Shown here one piece after another: positions 41,288-49,545 of a stretch of DNA of 64,000 nucleotides (within the stretch, counting starts at the first letter, position 1; each line of letters starts with the position of its first letter). The translations under genes were made by a program, and so were the position numbers. Source of the stretch: a virus; IMG/VR virus record IMGVR_UViG_3300042450_000799, positions 11,872 through 75,871 of that record, one strand, 5' to 3'. Below the pieces are notes generated by a model. That model did no database searches and had not been told where the DNA came from. It saw only the letters and a program-made list of their open reading frames with translations.

Positions 41288-41330
41288 TTAAGTTATTTTA
41301 TTATAAATACATAACACGTCCCATTTTATA

Positions 41331-41489
41331 CTAATCTTTGGGTGTATTATATTCAATAATTTTATTAATAAGGAATTTTCGTTCATATGTTGGCATACGA
41401 TAAAAGTCCGAATATGAAACCCTAAGGATTTTAGCCATTAAATAAAATTCCTCGATGAGGTGTTGTCGATAATCAAAAGAAAGGCCGAA
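41331..41489 (-). CDS. Second (gpT/gp51-like) segment of tail assembly chaperone, probably reached by +1 frameshift
   Basis: The +1 frame reads FGLSFDYRQHLIEEFYLMAKILRVSYSDFYRMPTYERKFLINKIIEYNTPKD*, overlapping the end of the upstream chaperone ORF. Confidence 0.65.
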   Translation of the reverse strand, partial: FGLSFDYRQHLIEEFYLMAKILRVSYSDFYRMPTYERKFLINKIIEYNTPKD

Positions 41490-42231
41490 AAAACTCCACC
41501 CCAAAGGATATCTCGAAAGATACCATTTCTCCTGATGGGGCGTATGCTGTTTTTCTTAGGTCTAATGACGGTTCGTTTTCTCTCATAAAGTTACGAATAT
41601 GTTTAGAATCCATAATCGGTAGAGCTTCTACAAATGCAGAAATCGTACTTTGATCTGTAGACCCGTCAACTTCCTGAATTTGTTTATTCAATCTCCATGT
41701 AACTGTCGGAGCTGTTCGTCCAGCAGGATATTGGTCAGATAATCTACCCAACTCTAAAATCTCAGAATAATTTAACGGTTTTAATTTAACAGTAGAATTT
41801 GTTTTAGGTAATTTTGTTATAAATAACCCATTTTCATCCGCATCACTGGTTGTTTGTTTAATGTTTAACTCATCTAAAATTACAGTTGCTGTAAATTTTT
41901 TATCAGTCTGAGGATCAGTTAAATTAACTTCATATTCAGGCCCAAAAGATGTATTTCGTAAATAAATCATAATCGCCTCAACATCACCGTTTAAAAGTTC
42001 TTCAGGACGTAATTCAGTCTCATATATTTTATTTCTAAGTAGAGTTAAAATGATATTAGTATTTGGGTTTTGAGAAGCACCAATTAAAACATTTTCATCA
42101 TTAGCCGTTAAATAACCCACTTTAATTGATTTCTTTTTAGATTTGTAAAATCTTCCACCTGAAGGTAATGTGACAACGTCATGGGGTAGGTTAAATCCCT
42201 CCGTTCCAGCTTTAATTAAATCTTGTTCCAT
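41473..42231 (-). CDS. Tail assembly chaperone / baseplate hub assembly protein (T4 gp26-like)
   Basis: VTLPSGGRFY...YLTANDENVL...GDVEAIMIYLRNTSFGPEY...FFRPFF; between tube and tape measure genes. Confidence 0.75.
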   Translation of the reverse strand: MEQDLIKAGTEGFNLPHDVVTLPSGGRFYKSKKKSIKVGYLTANDENVLIGASQNPNTNIILTLLRNKIYETELRPEELLNGDVEAIMIYLRNTSFGPEYEVNLTDPQTDKKFTATVILDELNIKQTTSDADENGLFITKLPKTNSTVKLKPLNYSEILELGRLSDQYPAGRTAPTVTWRLNKQIQEVDGSTDQSTISAFVEALPIMDSKHIRNFMRENEPSLDLRKTAYAPSGEMVSFEISFGVEFFRPFF

Positions 42232-42291
42232 ATAGAATTGTTTTTATTATAAAAATAAGATAAAGTCAATTTTTATAAAGATAATCAATAC

Positions 42292-42513
42292 CTATATTAT
42301 CAATTTATTTTTTTTATAATATTTCTTTTTTGGAGAGTACGACCGAACACCTTGTTTTCTAAGGTTAGTCATTTTTTTCTTCATCCTTAAATCATTCTTA
42401 ATCATTGTATTATGTAACACTCTCATATTTTCTTCATGAACACTATATGTGTTTTGAGAACATGAACACACTATTAAGATTAATAATGGTGTGGTTATTT
42501 TGATTAAAAACAT
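42292..42513 (-). CDS. Small basic putative lipoprotein
   Basis: Likely start MFLIKITTPLLILIVCSC (lipobox-like). The ATG at 42561 lies inside a terminator hairpin, so the downstream ATG is preferred. Confidence 0.4.
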   Translation of the reverse strand: MFLIKITTPLLILIVCSCSQNTYSVHEENMRVLHNTMIKNDLRMKKKMTNLRKQGVRSYSPKKKYYKKNKLII

Positions 42514-42550
42514 GTAATATTTAAAGTTTGTTTTATTTTTTTTTATAAAA

Positions 42551-42584
42551 AAAATTCCCATACATTTATTTATATGGGAATTTT
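42551..42584 (-). terminator. Intrinsic terminator after tail tube gene
   Basis: AAAATTCCCATA...TATGGGAATTTT stem with U-run on the minus strand. Confidence 0.7.
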
Positions 42585-42625
42585 ATAATATTGTAAATGT
42601 TTTAATATAATTTAAAAATTAAGAA

Positions 42626-43114
42626 TTAATAAACCAATATACATCTATCCATACGGATTGTCGCTGTTATACTAGCAATTGCGTCTGTACTATAAGCCAA
42701 TGAATCAAAGTTAACGTCAGATAACCAACTACCCTCCATAATCCATTTCTCAACAACTACACCTGTTGGGTCTAACATCTCAAGATCAATATTTTTCTTA
42801 TAACCAGCTGCATATCCCATACGACCTGTTACTGATTCAGCACATAAACGTACCCACTCCATTAAAGCTTGTGATGCTGAAGGCCCAATTGGGTCACGGA
42901 ATTTAACATTTATAGTTCCCCAAGTAAAACGTCCTGCAACATATGTTGAAGTATTTAAGAATTGAATCTCAACTGGATTTATTGTTATATGTGGTCTAGC
43001 TGCCGTTTCAACGAACCATTCATTAATCCCCAAAGTAGATGGGAAACGAAGAATGAACCTATTTTGTCTTTTCGGTTCATAAGGAATCGGCATTTTCATT
43101 AGTAAATCAGCCAT
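42626..43114 (-). CDS. Tail tube protein (T4 gp19-like)
   Basis: YEPKRQNRF, YVAGRFTWGTINVKF, YKKNIDLEMLDPTGVVVEKW. Confidence 0.9.
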   Translation of the reverse strand: MADLLMKMPIPYEPKRQNRFILRFPSTLGINEWFVETAARPHITINPVEIQFLNTSTYVAGRFTWGTINVKFRDPIGPSASQALMEWVRLCAESVTGRMGYAAGYKKNIDLEMLDPTGVVVEKWIMEGSWLSDVNFDSLAYSTDAIASITATIRMDRCILVY

Positions 43115-43200
43115 TGTAATTTTTTGTTTGTTTTGTTTGTTTATTTTATTATAAATATCCAGAGATTAAAAAATTTCTCTTTACTTTCTTTTTTTTTATT

Positions 43201-43310
43201 TTAATCTTCTAGTATTAATCTTCTAGTTAATTATTTCTAGTATATATTTTCTAGTTAATTATTTCTAGTATATATTTTCTAGTATATATTTTCTAGTTAA
43301 TTATTTCTAG
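43201..43310. repeat. Intergenic array of 8 TTCTAG cores at exact 14-bp period
   Basis: TTCTAG at 43207, 43221, 43235, 43249, 43263, 43277, 43291 and 43305, separated by 8-nt AT-rich spacers. Confidence 0.95.
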
Positions 43311-44159
43311 CTATACTCTTTTTTTCACCCCCCCTGCTGTTAAATATAAATCCCATATACTATCAGGATTATTCTTTTTTCCTCGTTTAACATCAAAAGT
43401 GTCGACATTTCGTTTATCATCATCAGAAAACCCAATTTGAGGTTCTTGATTAATAATCACTTTCTTTAAGAAAGCTTTATTTTTAATACGGCTTGATATG
43501 TCCCTAATATGTCCTTCAAAATCATCAGCAGCTTTATTCTTACCTTCTTCTGGGTTGGTTGCTGACCCTTCACCATAAGTTACAGGATAAAACCTACATA
43601 AGTCAAGATATTCTTTAATCATATCTTTTTTAGACATTTCTCCCTCACCCGCCAAATCTCTATATTTTTCTAAATTTTTAACTAATTCGTTTGAACTAAT
43701 GCCGTTATGGTTAGAAGCAATAAGGTTATAACAAGCTTCTTTAAGTACATTTGGAGTGTGACCCCTTGCGGTTATTATCGAAAAAATCGACCCACTATTA
43801 ATAGCCTCTACAAAATCAGACCAAGATGGTCCTGGTTTCGCCAATAAGGAATCAATTATAAATTGTTTATCACCTTTAACACCAAAATTTATAAAAGAAT
43901 CATCCGATAAAGACACGATCATATGATCATTATATTCAAACGGTGTTTCCGCATCCCCACTTTTATTAAAATTACCTCTATATTCAGCAAAATCCTCAGT
44001 AGACATACCTACTTTTTTACCATTTTCATCTTTTAATAAAATTATTGTTGGCATAAACATAATGTTATCGTCCCAATCAAAAGCGTAGTATTTCAAATCG
44101 GGAGTTCCCTCCTCATCAAAACCTTCACTTAAAAAAATATTTCTAATTTTCATTTTCAT
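43311..44159 (-). CDS. HAD-superfamily phosphatase-like protein
   Basis: Motif I FDWDDN, motif II IITARG, motif III K, motif IV GFSDDD. Confidence 0.65.
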   Translation of the reverse strand: MKMKIRNIFLSEGFDEEGTPDLKYYAFDWDDNIMFMPTIILLKDENGKKVGMSTEDFAEYRGNFNKSGDAETPFEYNDHMIVSLSDDSFINFGVKGDKQFIIDSLLAKPGPSWSDFVEAINSGSIFSIITARGHTPNVLKEACYNLIASNHNGISSNELVKNLEKYRDLAGEGEMSKKDMIKEYLDLCRFYPVTYGEGSATNPEEGKNKAADDFEGHIRDISSRIKNKAFLKKVIINQEPQIGFSDDDKRNVDTFDVKRGKKNNPDSIWDLYLTAGGVKKRV

Positions 44160-44186
44160 ATTAATAAATATCTCATCATATATATT

Positions 44187-44218
44187 AAATCCCCAATAAA
44201 ATTAATTATTGGGGATTT
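44187..44218 (-). terminator. Hairpin/terminator after tail sheath gene
   Basis: AAATCCCCAATAA-6 nt-TTATTGGGGATTT 13-bp stem. Confidence 0.7.
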
Positions 44219-44230
44219 GATTTATTTTTG

Positions 44231-47200
44231 TTAAATGTTGTCAAAAGACGCTCCTGTTGGAGTAATATAGAACGTGATGTCTATGAACTCAAGAGATTTA
44301 GTCGGTTTGATATAAATCTTACCTGTCAATTGGTTTCTGTCTAAATCCGCAGAATCTGAAGAAACTGTAACACGGAAATCATATAAACCTCTGTCTCTTC
44401 TAATAGCATCTAAGATAGGATTAACCGCATCCAAGAAATCTTGTCTTACTTTCTCATCGTTTTGTTCAAACAATAATCTTACTGAAACCGCAGAAATTAA
44501 TTTACGAGCTTGTAACAATAATCGTCTAACGTTGATTCTGTCAAGAGCAGATTCTCTTATTTGCATAGTTTTATTACCCCAAATTACAGTTCCGACATCA
44601 GAGAAGGTCGCGATTGGGTTAATTCTACCTTTATAAAGAACATCTCTATCTTCTTGAGTAAGTTTCTTTCTTGCTTTAATTGAGTTAACAATACCACGAG
44701 TGTAACCAGCCGCTGCGAACCAAGGGAAAGCGATGTTATCAGTTAACGCCAAGTTTCTTGTTACCTCAGCTGTTGCTGGGATATAGATTTGTGTGTTATT
44801 TACTGTATCTCTTGTTAATACCCATGGGTAATAAGTTGCAGTGTAATTAGAATCTATACCAGCAGTTTCCAAATTGTCTACCGCTTCTTGGGGATAAATC
44901 ATATCTAATTGATCACCTGTTGATGGAACAAACATGTTGTAATCAGGTGTAGTACAGATATAAACTGAATCCGCTCTATTGTATTCAATCATTTCAATTG
45001 CCTCACCTACCAAGTCAGAATTATTTAAATAATCGATACCAGGAGTAACGAATACATTAATATTAACCGCCTCAGGGTTAGAGAATGTTTGTTGTCCTAA
45101 TAAGTAAGCATAATAGTCGGTGTTTGCCCAATCTTGTCCGTTGTTACCAACAGTGATTTGTTTAAACGCTCCCCATCCTGTAGCCGTTGGGTATTTGAAT
45201 GAAGGACACGCTCCATTTCTATAACCAAGTCTACCTAATACGAATCTATCAGAATTTGTTCTATGTTCTCTGTAGATATCCCATCCGTCAAATCCTCCGT
45301 GACATAATAATGAGAATTTACGAGCGTATAGTCTGTAATATGGATTCGATTCGTTATCTGGATCTGAAGTAAATGGTGCTGAACCTACGTAATACGCTGG
45401 TGTACCACTTGTTGCAAAATAACTTGGTATTGTTATACCACTTGCGTTAATATCCATGTGGAATCCTTTTGTTTTGTATGCCCATTCGTCACCTGAAACA
45501 TCAGTACAAACATCTAACGGTAATTGTTTACCTTTATATGTGTAGAAATCAACGTCAAAACCAACAGTATCAGAAATACCAAGATAAGTTCTACGAACAT
45601 TGTCACCAGCACTTCTCACAACATCATCAGCTCCTGAAGATAAACCAAATGGTGGGTTGTAAACAACTTCACCTGGATAATCATATTTTGTTTTATAAAC
45701 TGGGAATGGAGGTCTAACACCCGCATACTCTCTGAAACTATAACCTTCGAATCCACAAGGTAATGCGTCTATTGGTGCATCCTCGTTAAGTTCAATCATA
45801 ACATATTTAGAATTCAATGCGTATTCCCCATCCAATGTACCAATTTTCTTAGCAATAAAACTATTATCGTTAGGATTCATAGAACAGTTAGTGAATTTTT
45901 CAAGAACCACAGGATTATTATCCGAATCAAAGAAATCTCTAACAATAACATCAAATGTACCGTTGTTAAACGACATGTTCGCGATTGAAAGTTTAACTTC
46001 AATGTTCGCATCATTACCATCGGCAATTGTTGTAAATTTAAATAAGTTATAAACTTTTGACCCTCTTAATTCAGATACAACCCATGGGGATGTAGGTGAT
46101 TGATATTTTTCAAGGTACCAAGCAATTGATGTTGGATCATTACCTTGTCTAGCATTTGGTAATGCTGTTAACTCACAACTTAATCCTCTAATAAATCCTT
46201 TTCTCCAACCATAAGTTAATAACGCTTGGAATCTTTCTTCAACAAACAATGGAACAACAGTTCTTGGTTTTGCGAAATTAGACTCACCGAATACTTTAGA
46301 AATATATTTACTATCAGAATTTGATAAAGATGTCTCAAAGAAGAACGGGTTACCGTCTTTATCTGTTACATTAATACCAAATGTTGAAAATGGGTTTTTA
46401 GTTACACCTGAATATGATCCTGAACAATCCATTTGTACATCATGTCCATCAAAATTGTTATAAGCGTTAACCCCACCAGTTACTTCATATACAGCACCAT
46501 CATCACTACCATAAGTAGCCAAACCTCTTGAACGTAAAGTTGCAACAACTAAATCATCAAAATCAGTATAAGCAGTACCGTTATAAACGTAAATTTGTCC
46601 TGTTAAAGTACCAGAAAAACATCTTGTTGGTTTAGGTAATGTAGTTGTTGTTGTTGTTCCTGTTGGAGCTGGGTTACAAGGATCGGGTGTTGGTGTTGGT
46701 GTTGGTGAAGTGCTAGTCGTTGTTGTTGTACTAATAATTTCAGTCAAATCAGTAACGATTGACCAAAAAGAATAACCACTATAAACTGAACTACCAACAT
46801 TATCAAATAATGCATAATACCAAGGATCGTTCACTGGTGCCGCATAAGTAAACACACTTTCATCAACATTGTCAACACCAAAGACGTTTGTTTCTGCTGT
46901 GAATATTGGTGCAAGTGAATTATACACATCACCTGAAATAGGCCCGTAATAATAAATATTAGTGGTTTCCGCAGTATAAGGATTTATATCACTAATCACA
47001 TCAAAAATTTGATTTGTCATATCTTGATATAATGTTCCCGTACTACCATTAAAGTTTTCATATGGTAAGTTAATTTTCCCCGCGATTTCTGCAGGAATTT
47101 GTGTTGGGTCTGTAAAAGTGATACTTGAAGTGCTATTACTACAACCTGTGAAGTCAATAGAATAACTAATCACATTAGGTAGTGTACATTCAAACACACA

Positions 47201-47596
47201 ATCAACCGTTACCCCTGTAATACAATCGAATTCAATAGTTGCTGGATTAACATTTGCTTTTGTTGTGATTGACCAAGATGGACCTGCATCATAACCTGAC
47301 AAACCTAACACCCTTGTTACAAACAATTGATTAGATTGTTGTAAATAAGCTTTAGCAATGTATGCCGCCTCATATTTAGGAATCTGTGTGTTTATAAATT
47401 TTTCAGGAGATGTTCCTCCGAAGTATGATGAAAATTCATCAAAGTTTCTAATAAAAATAGGTTCGAAAGCAGGACCTTTTTGAGTCTCACCAACAATCCC
47501 TAAAGTTGTAACACCTACACTTTGTGCCACAAAACTCAAATCAACCTCAGAGGTATATACTCCAGGTGACACGAATACTTTGTTGTTTGTTGCCAT
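44231..47596 (-). CDS. Contractile tail sheath protein (T4 gp18-like) with large insertions
   Basis: FVSPGVYTSEVDLS N-terminus; PWFAAAGYTRG; IWGNKT...LDRINVRRLL; IYIKPTKSLEFI. Confidence 0.95.
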   Translation of the reverse strand: MATNNKVFVSPGVYTSEVDLSFVAQSVGVTTLGIVGETQKGPAFEPIFIRNFDEFSSYFGGTSPEKFINTQIPKYEAAYIAKAYLQQSNQLFVTRVLGLSGYDAGPSWSITTKANVNPATIEFDCITGVTVDCVFECTLPNVISYSIDFTGCSNSTSSITFTDPTQIPAEIAGKINLPYENFNGSTGTLYQDMTNQIFDVISDINPYTAETTNIYYYGPISGDVYNSLAPIFTAETNVFGVDNVDESVFTYAAPVNDPWYYALFDNVGSSVYSGYSFWSIVTDLTEIISTTTTTSTSPTPTPTPDPCNPAPTGTTTTTTLPKPTRCFSGTLTGQIYVYNGTAYTDFDDLVVATLRSRGLATYGSDDGAVYEVTGGVNAYNNFDGHDVQMDCSGSYSGVTKNPFSTFGINVTDKDGNPFFFETSLSNSDSKYISKVFGESNFAKPRTVVPLFVEERFQALLTYGWRKGFIRGLSCELTALPNARQGNDPTSIAWYLEKYQSPTSPWVVSELRGSKVYNLFKFTTIADGNDANIEVKLSIANMSFNNGTFDVIVRDFFDSDNNPVVLEKFTNCSMNPNDNSFIAKKIGTLDGEYALNSKYVMIELNEDAPIDALPCGFEGYSFREYAGVRPPFPVYKTKYDYPGEVVYNPPFGLSSGADDVVRSAGDNVRRTYLGISDTVGFDVDFYTYKGKQLPLDVCTDVSGDEWAYKTKGFHMDINASGITIPSYFATSGTPAYYVGSAPFTSDPDNESNPYYRLYARKFSLLCHGGFDGWDIYREHRTNSDRFVLGRLGYRNGACPSFKYPTATGWGAFKQITVGNNGQDWANTDYYAYLLGQQTFSNPEAVNINVFVTPGIDYLNNSDLVGEAIEMIEYNRADSVYICTTPDYNMFVPSTGDQLDMIYPQEAVDNLETAGIDSNYTATYYPWVLTRDTVNNTQIYIPATAEVTRNLALTDNIAFPWFAAAGYTRGIVNSIKARKKLTQEDRDVLYKGRINPIATFSDVGTVIWGNKTMQIRESALDRINVRRLLLQARKLISAVSVRLLFEQNDEKVRQDFLDAVNPILDAIRRDRGLYDFRVTVSSDSADLDRNQLTGKIYIKPTKSLEFIDITFYITPTGASFDNI

Positions 47597-47720
47597 TATT
47601 TTTTTTTCTTTTAACTTGTTAATTTATTTTATAGATAAATATTCGAAAAAAAACCAAAATACTTTACTTTATACTAACTATTTATTAATTGGGTAGATTT
47701 AATTCTGCCTTTTTTCTACC

Positions 47721-47885
47721 ATGGACAACAAAGTAAAAAAAATAAAGAATCTAAAAATATCAATTGAAGCTCATGATATCCTAAAGACATATTGCGAAAA
47801 AAAAGGGATTAAAATGTATAGGTTCTTAGAAAGAATGATAATTGAGAAATGTAAGGAAAAGACCGATGTATACGGTGAAAACTAA
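47721..47885 (+). CDS. Small ribbon-helix-helix DNA-binding protein (not in ORF track)
   Basis: 54 aa MDNKVKKIKNLKISIEAHDILKTYCEKKGIKMYRFLERMIIEKC...; TATTTAT at 47679-47685; divergent from the sheath gene. Confidence 0.7.
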   Translation: MDNKVKKIKNLKISIEAHDILKTYCEKKGIKMYRFLERMIIEKCKEKTDVYGEN

Positions 47886-48919
47886 ATTGGGTTACCAAAT
47901 AACTTAATTATTGAGTCTTTAGTATTGTCATTTTTAACCACAACTAATTTTAATTTATCATCTGTGTTTATTTGAATTTCGGATAAATCTGACCCATAAT
48001 AATCATTATTAATATACACATCAAAACTCCCAATATTAGTTAATCCACCAATAATTAAATTTGATGTATAATCGAAAATTTGTGAATTAATATTATTACC
48101 AACAACAAATAACACATCAATTTCATTACTAGATGTTACACTTTTCCGTTTAGATCTCCTTTTTACAGAATTATTATCAGCTTCAACGACTTGTAATATT
48201 CTAGTTATTGCCGGGGAAATCTCAAATTCATTTTCATCAATTAAAAATCCTAATAATGTGAATTCATAACTTTGGATATAGAATTTTCTTTTTTCTAAAT
48301 CCATAACTGATTCATCAGAAATATTACCCATAACAATCGGAATGTAGTGTCCTTTGATTACTTGATAAGCTTGTTTAGATGCAAATTTTTCAATCACATT
48401 TTTATTAAACTCATTAATCTCTCTCATTCTATTACAAACAATTTTAACCGTATATGTAATATCAACAGGAACTGGCTGAGGTATTTTATATATATCGGTA
48501 CCATTTCTTTGACCATCCCACGTTGGAACTTGTGCATAAAAATATTGTCTTCTATTTGGTATATTAAATACAACAGCAGGATTCGTCCCAAATTTAACCT
48601 CAGGAACTCTTACGGTTGTAATAAATGGGGGTTCAACATTCTTATCAAGATTTTGTAAATTCCACGTCTCGGTAAATTGACTCCAATTCTGAGTTGTGAC
48701 TAAAATATCAATCGTAGGTATTACCTTACCATCAATAACTGTCTTCAATTCATTTTTAACAAATTCCAAAAATCCACCGTCCAAATCGGCGTGTAATAAT
48801 GATTTAGGTAGATAAGTACCATCCTTATTAATTTTATCAACCAACTCCTGTCTTCTTGGTAGAAGAGTTTTAGATTCAGTTAATGGTAAATGTTTCTTTA
48901 TTTTTTTAGGTAACGGCAT
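47882..48919 (-). CDS. Tail terminator / sheath stabiliser (T4 gp15-like)
   Basis: PQPVPVDITYTVKI motif; lies between a neck gene and the sheath gene. Confidence 0.6.
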   Translation of the reverse strand: MPLPKKIKKHLPLTESKTLLPRRQELVDKINKDGTYLPKSLLHADLDGGFLEFVKNELKTVIDGKVIPTIDILVTTQNWSQFTETWNLQNLDKNVEPPFITTVRVPEVKFGTNPAVVFNIPNRRQYFYAQVPTWDGQRNGTDIYKIPQPVPVDITYTVKIVCNRMREINEFNKNVIEKFASKQAYQVIKGHYIPIVMGNISDESVMDLEKRKFYIQSYEFTLLGFLIDENEFEISPAITRILQVVEADNNSVKRRSKRKSVTSSNEIDVLFVVGNNINSQIFDYTSNLIIGGLTNIGSFDVYINNDYYGSDLSEIQINTDDKLKLVVVKNDNTKDSIIKLFGNPI

Positions 48920-48967
48920 CTTACAATTTTTTTACGTCATTATTTGTGACAGTTATCAATATATTCA

Positions 48968-49483
48968 TTATAATCCTCTAAATTCATTGTTCACAACCGC
49001 AGATGCCATAATCGTTCTATAGAAAGGTTTGTACCCTGCGTATGTGTGTTTATTATCTGAAATCACCCTCCCATCGTTATTTACTGTGTAATATCTAACT
49101 CTATCTTCGGTTTCGTAATACCCAATATAATCACCAAAACTAATGTCAACACCCAATTCATCTAATTGTTTTTGATAAACGGATACTTTTAAATTACCCG
49201 GCTCAAACTGTTCAATTTTAGAGTTACCTAAGTTTTTATTCTCAGGAGCCATAATCTGAACGTGACCTTTAAACTCAATTGGGGTTAAAAATTTAATACC
49301 GTCAGAAACTGTCTCTCCATAAACGTTATCTGTCTTCGTTTTTTGCCTATCAACTCTATATAATACCAACGTGAAGTTCATATCACCATACAACCATTCT
49401 TCACCAAATTGAATTTCCAAATCGTAGTCTTCAGAACTAAAAAATTTTCCGATTCTTGTAATGGGTACCCTATTTTCTGACAT
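48968..49483 (-). CDS. Head closure / neck protein (T4 gp14-like)
   Basis: 171 aa beta-rich; LYRVD...DNVYGE...GDYI...YYTV pattern; adjacent to the tail terminator gene. Confidence 0.55.
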   Translation of the reverse strand: MSENRVPITRIGKFFSSEDYDLEIQFGEEWLYGDMNFTLVLYRVDRQKTKTDNVYGETVSDGIKFLTPIEFKGHVQIMAPENKNLGNSKIEQFEPGNLKVSVYQKQLDELGVDISFGDYIGYYETEDRVRYYTVNNDGRVISDNKHTYAGYKPFYRTIMASAVVNNEFRGL

Positions 49484-49498
49484 ATAAATTATATTTTA

Positions 49499-49527
49499 TT
49501 GATAAATATTAAAAGATTCATTATTAT
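49499..49527 (+). promoter_or_regulatory. Sigma70-like promoter of SNF2 helicase gene, overlapping a divergent TATTTAT motif
   Basis: TTGATA-17 nt-TATTAT on +; ATAAATA at 49502-49508 serves the minus-strand gene. Confidence 0.45.
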
Positions 49528-49545
49528 TGTATAAAACATTAATCT

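Noticed and set aside
41436-41494. Classical -1 frameshift at G_TTT_TTT in the tail chaperone
   Set aside because: The -1 frame reaches TAA after about 18 codons with no chaperone-like sequence; the +1 frame carries the plausible domain.
43201-43310. Mini-CRISPR array
   Set aside because: 6-nt cores and 8-nt spacers that recur are far too short and not unique.
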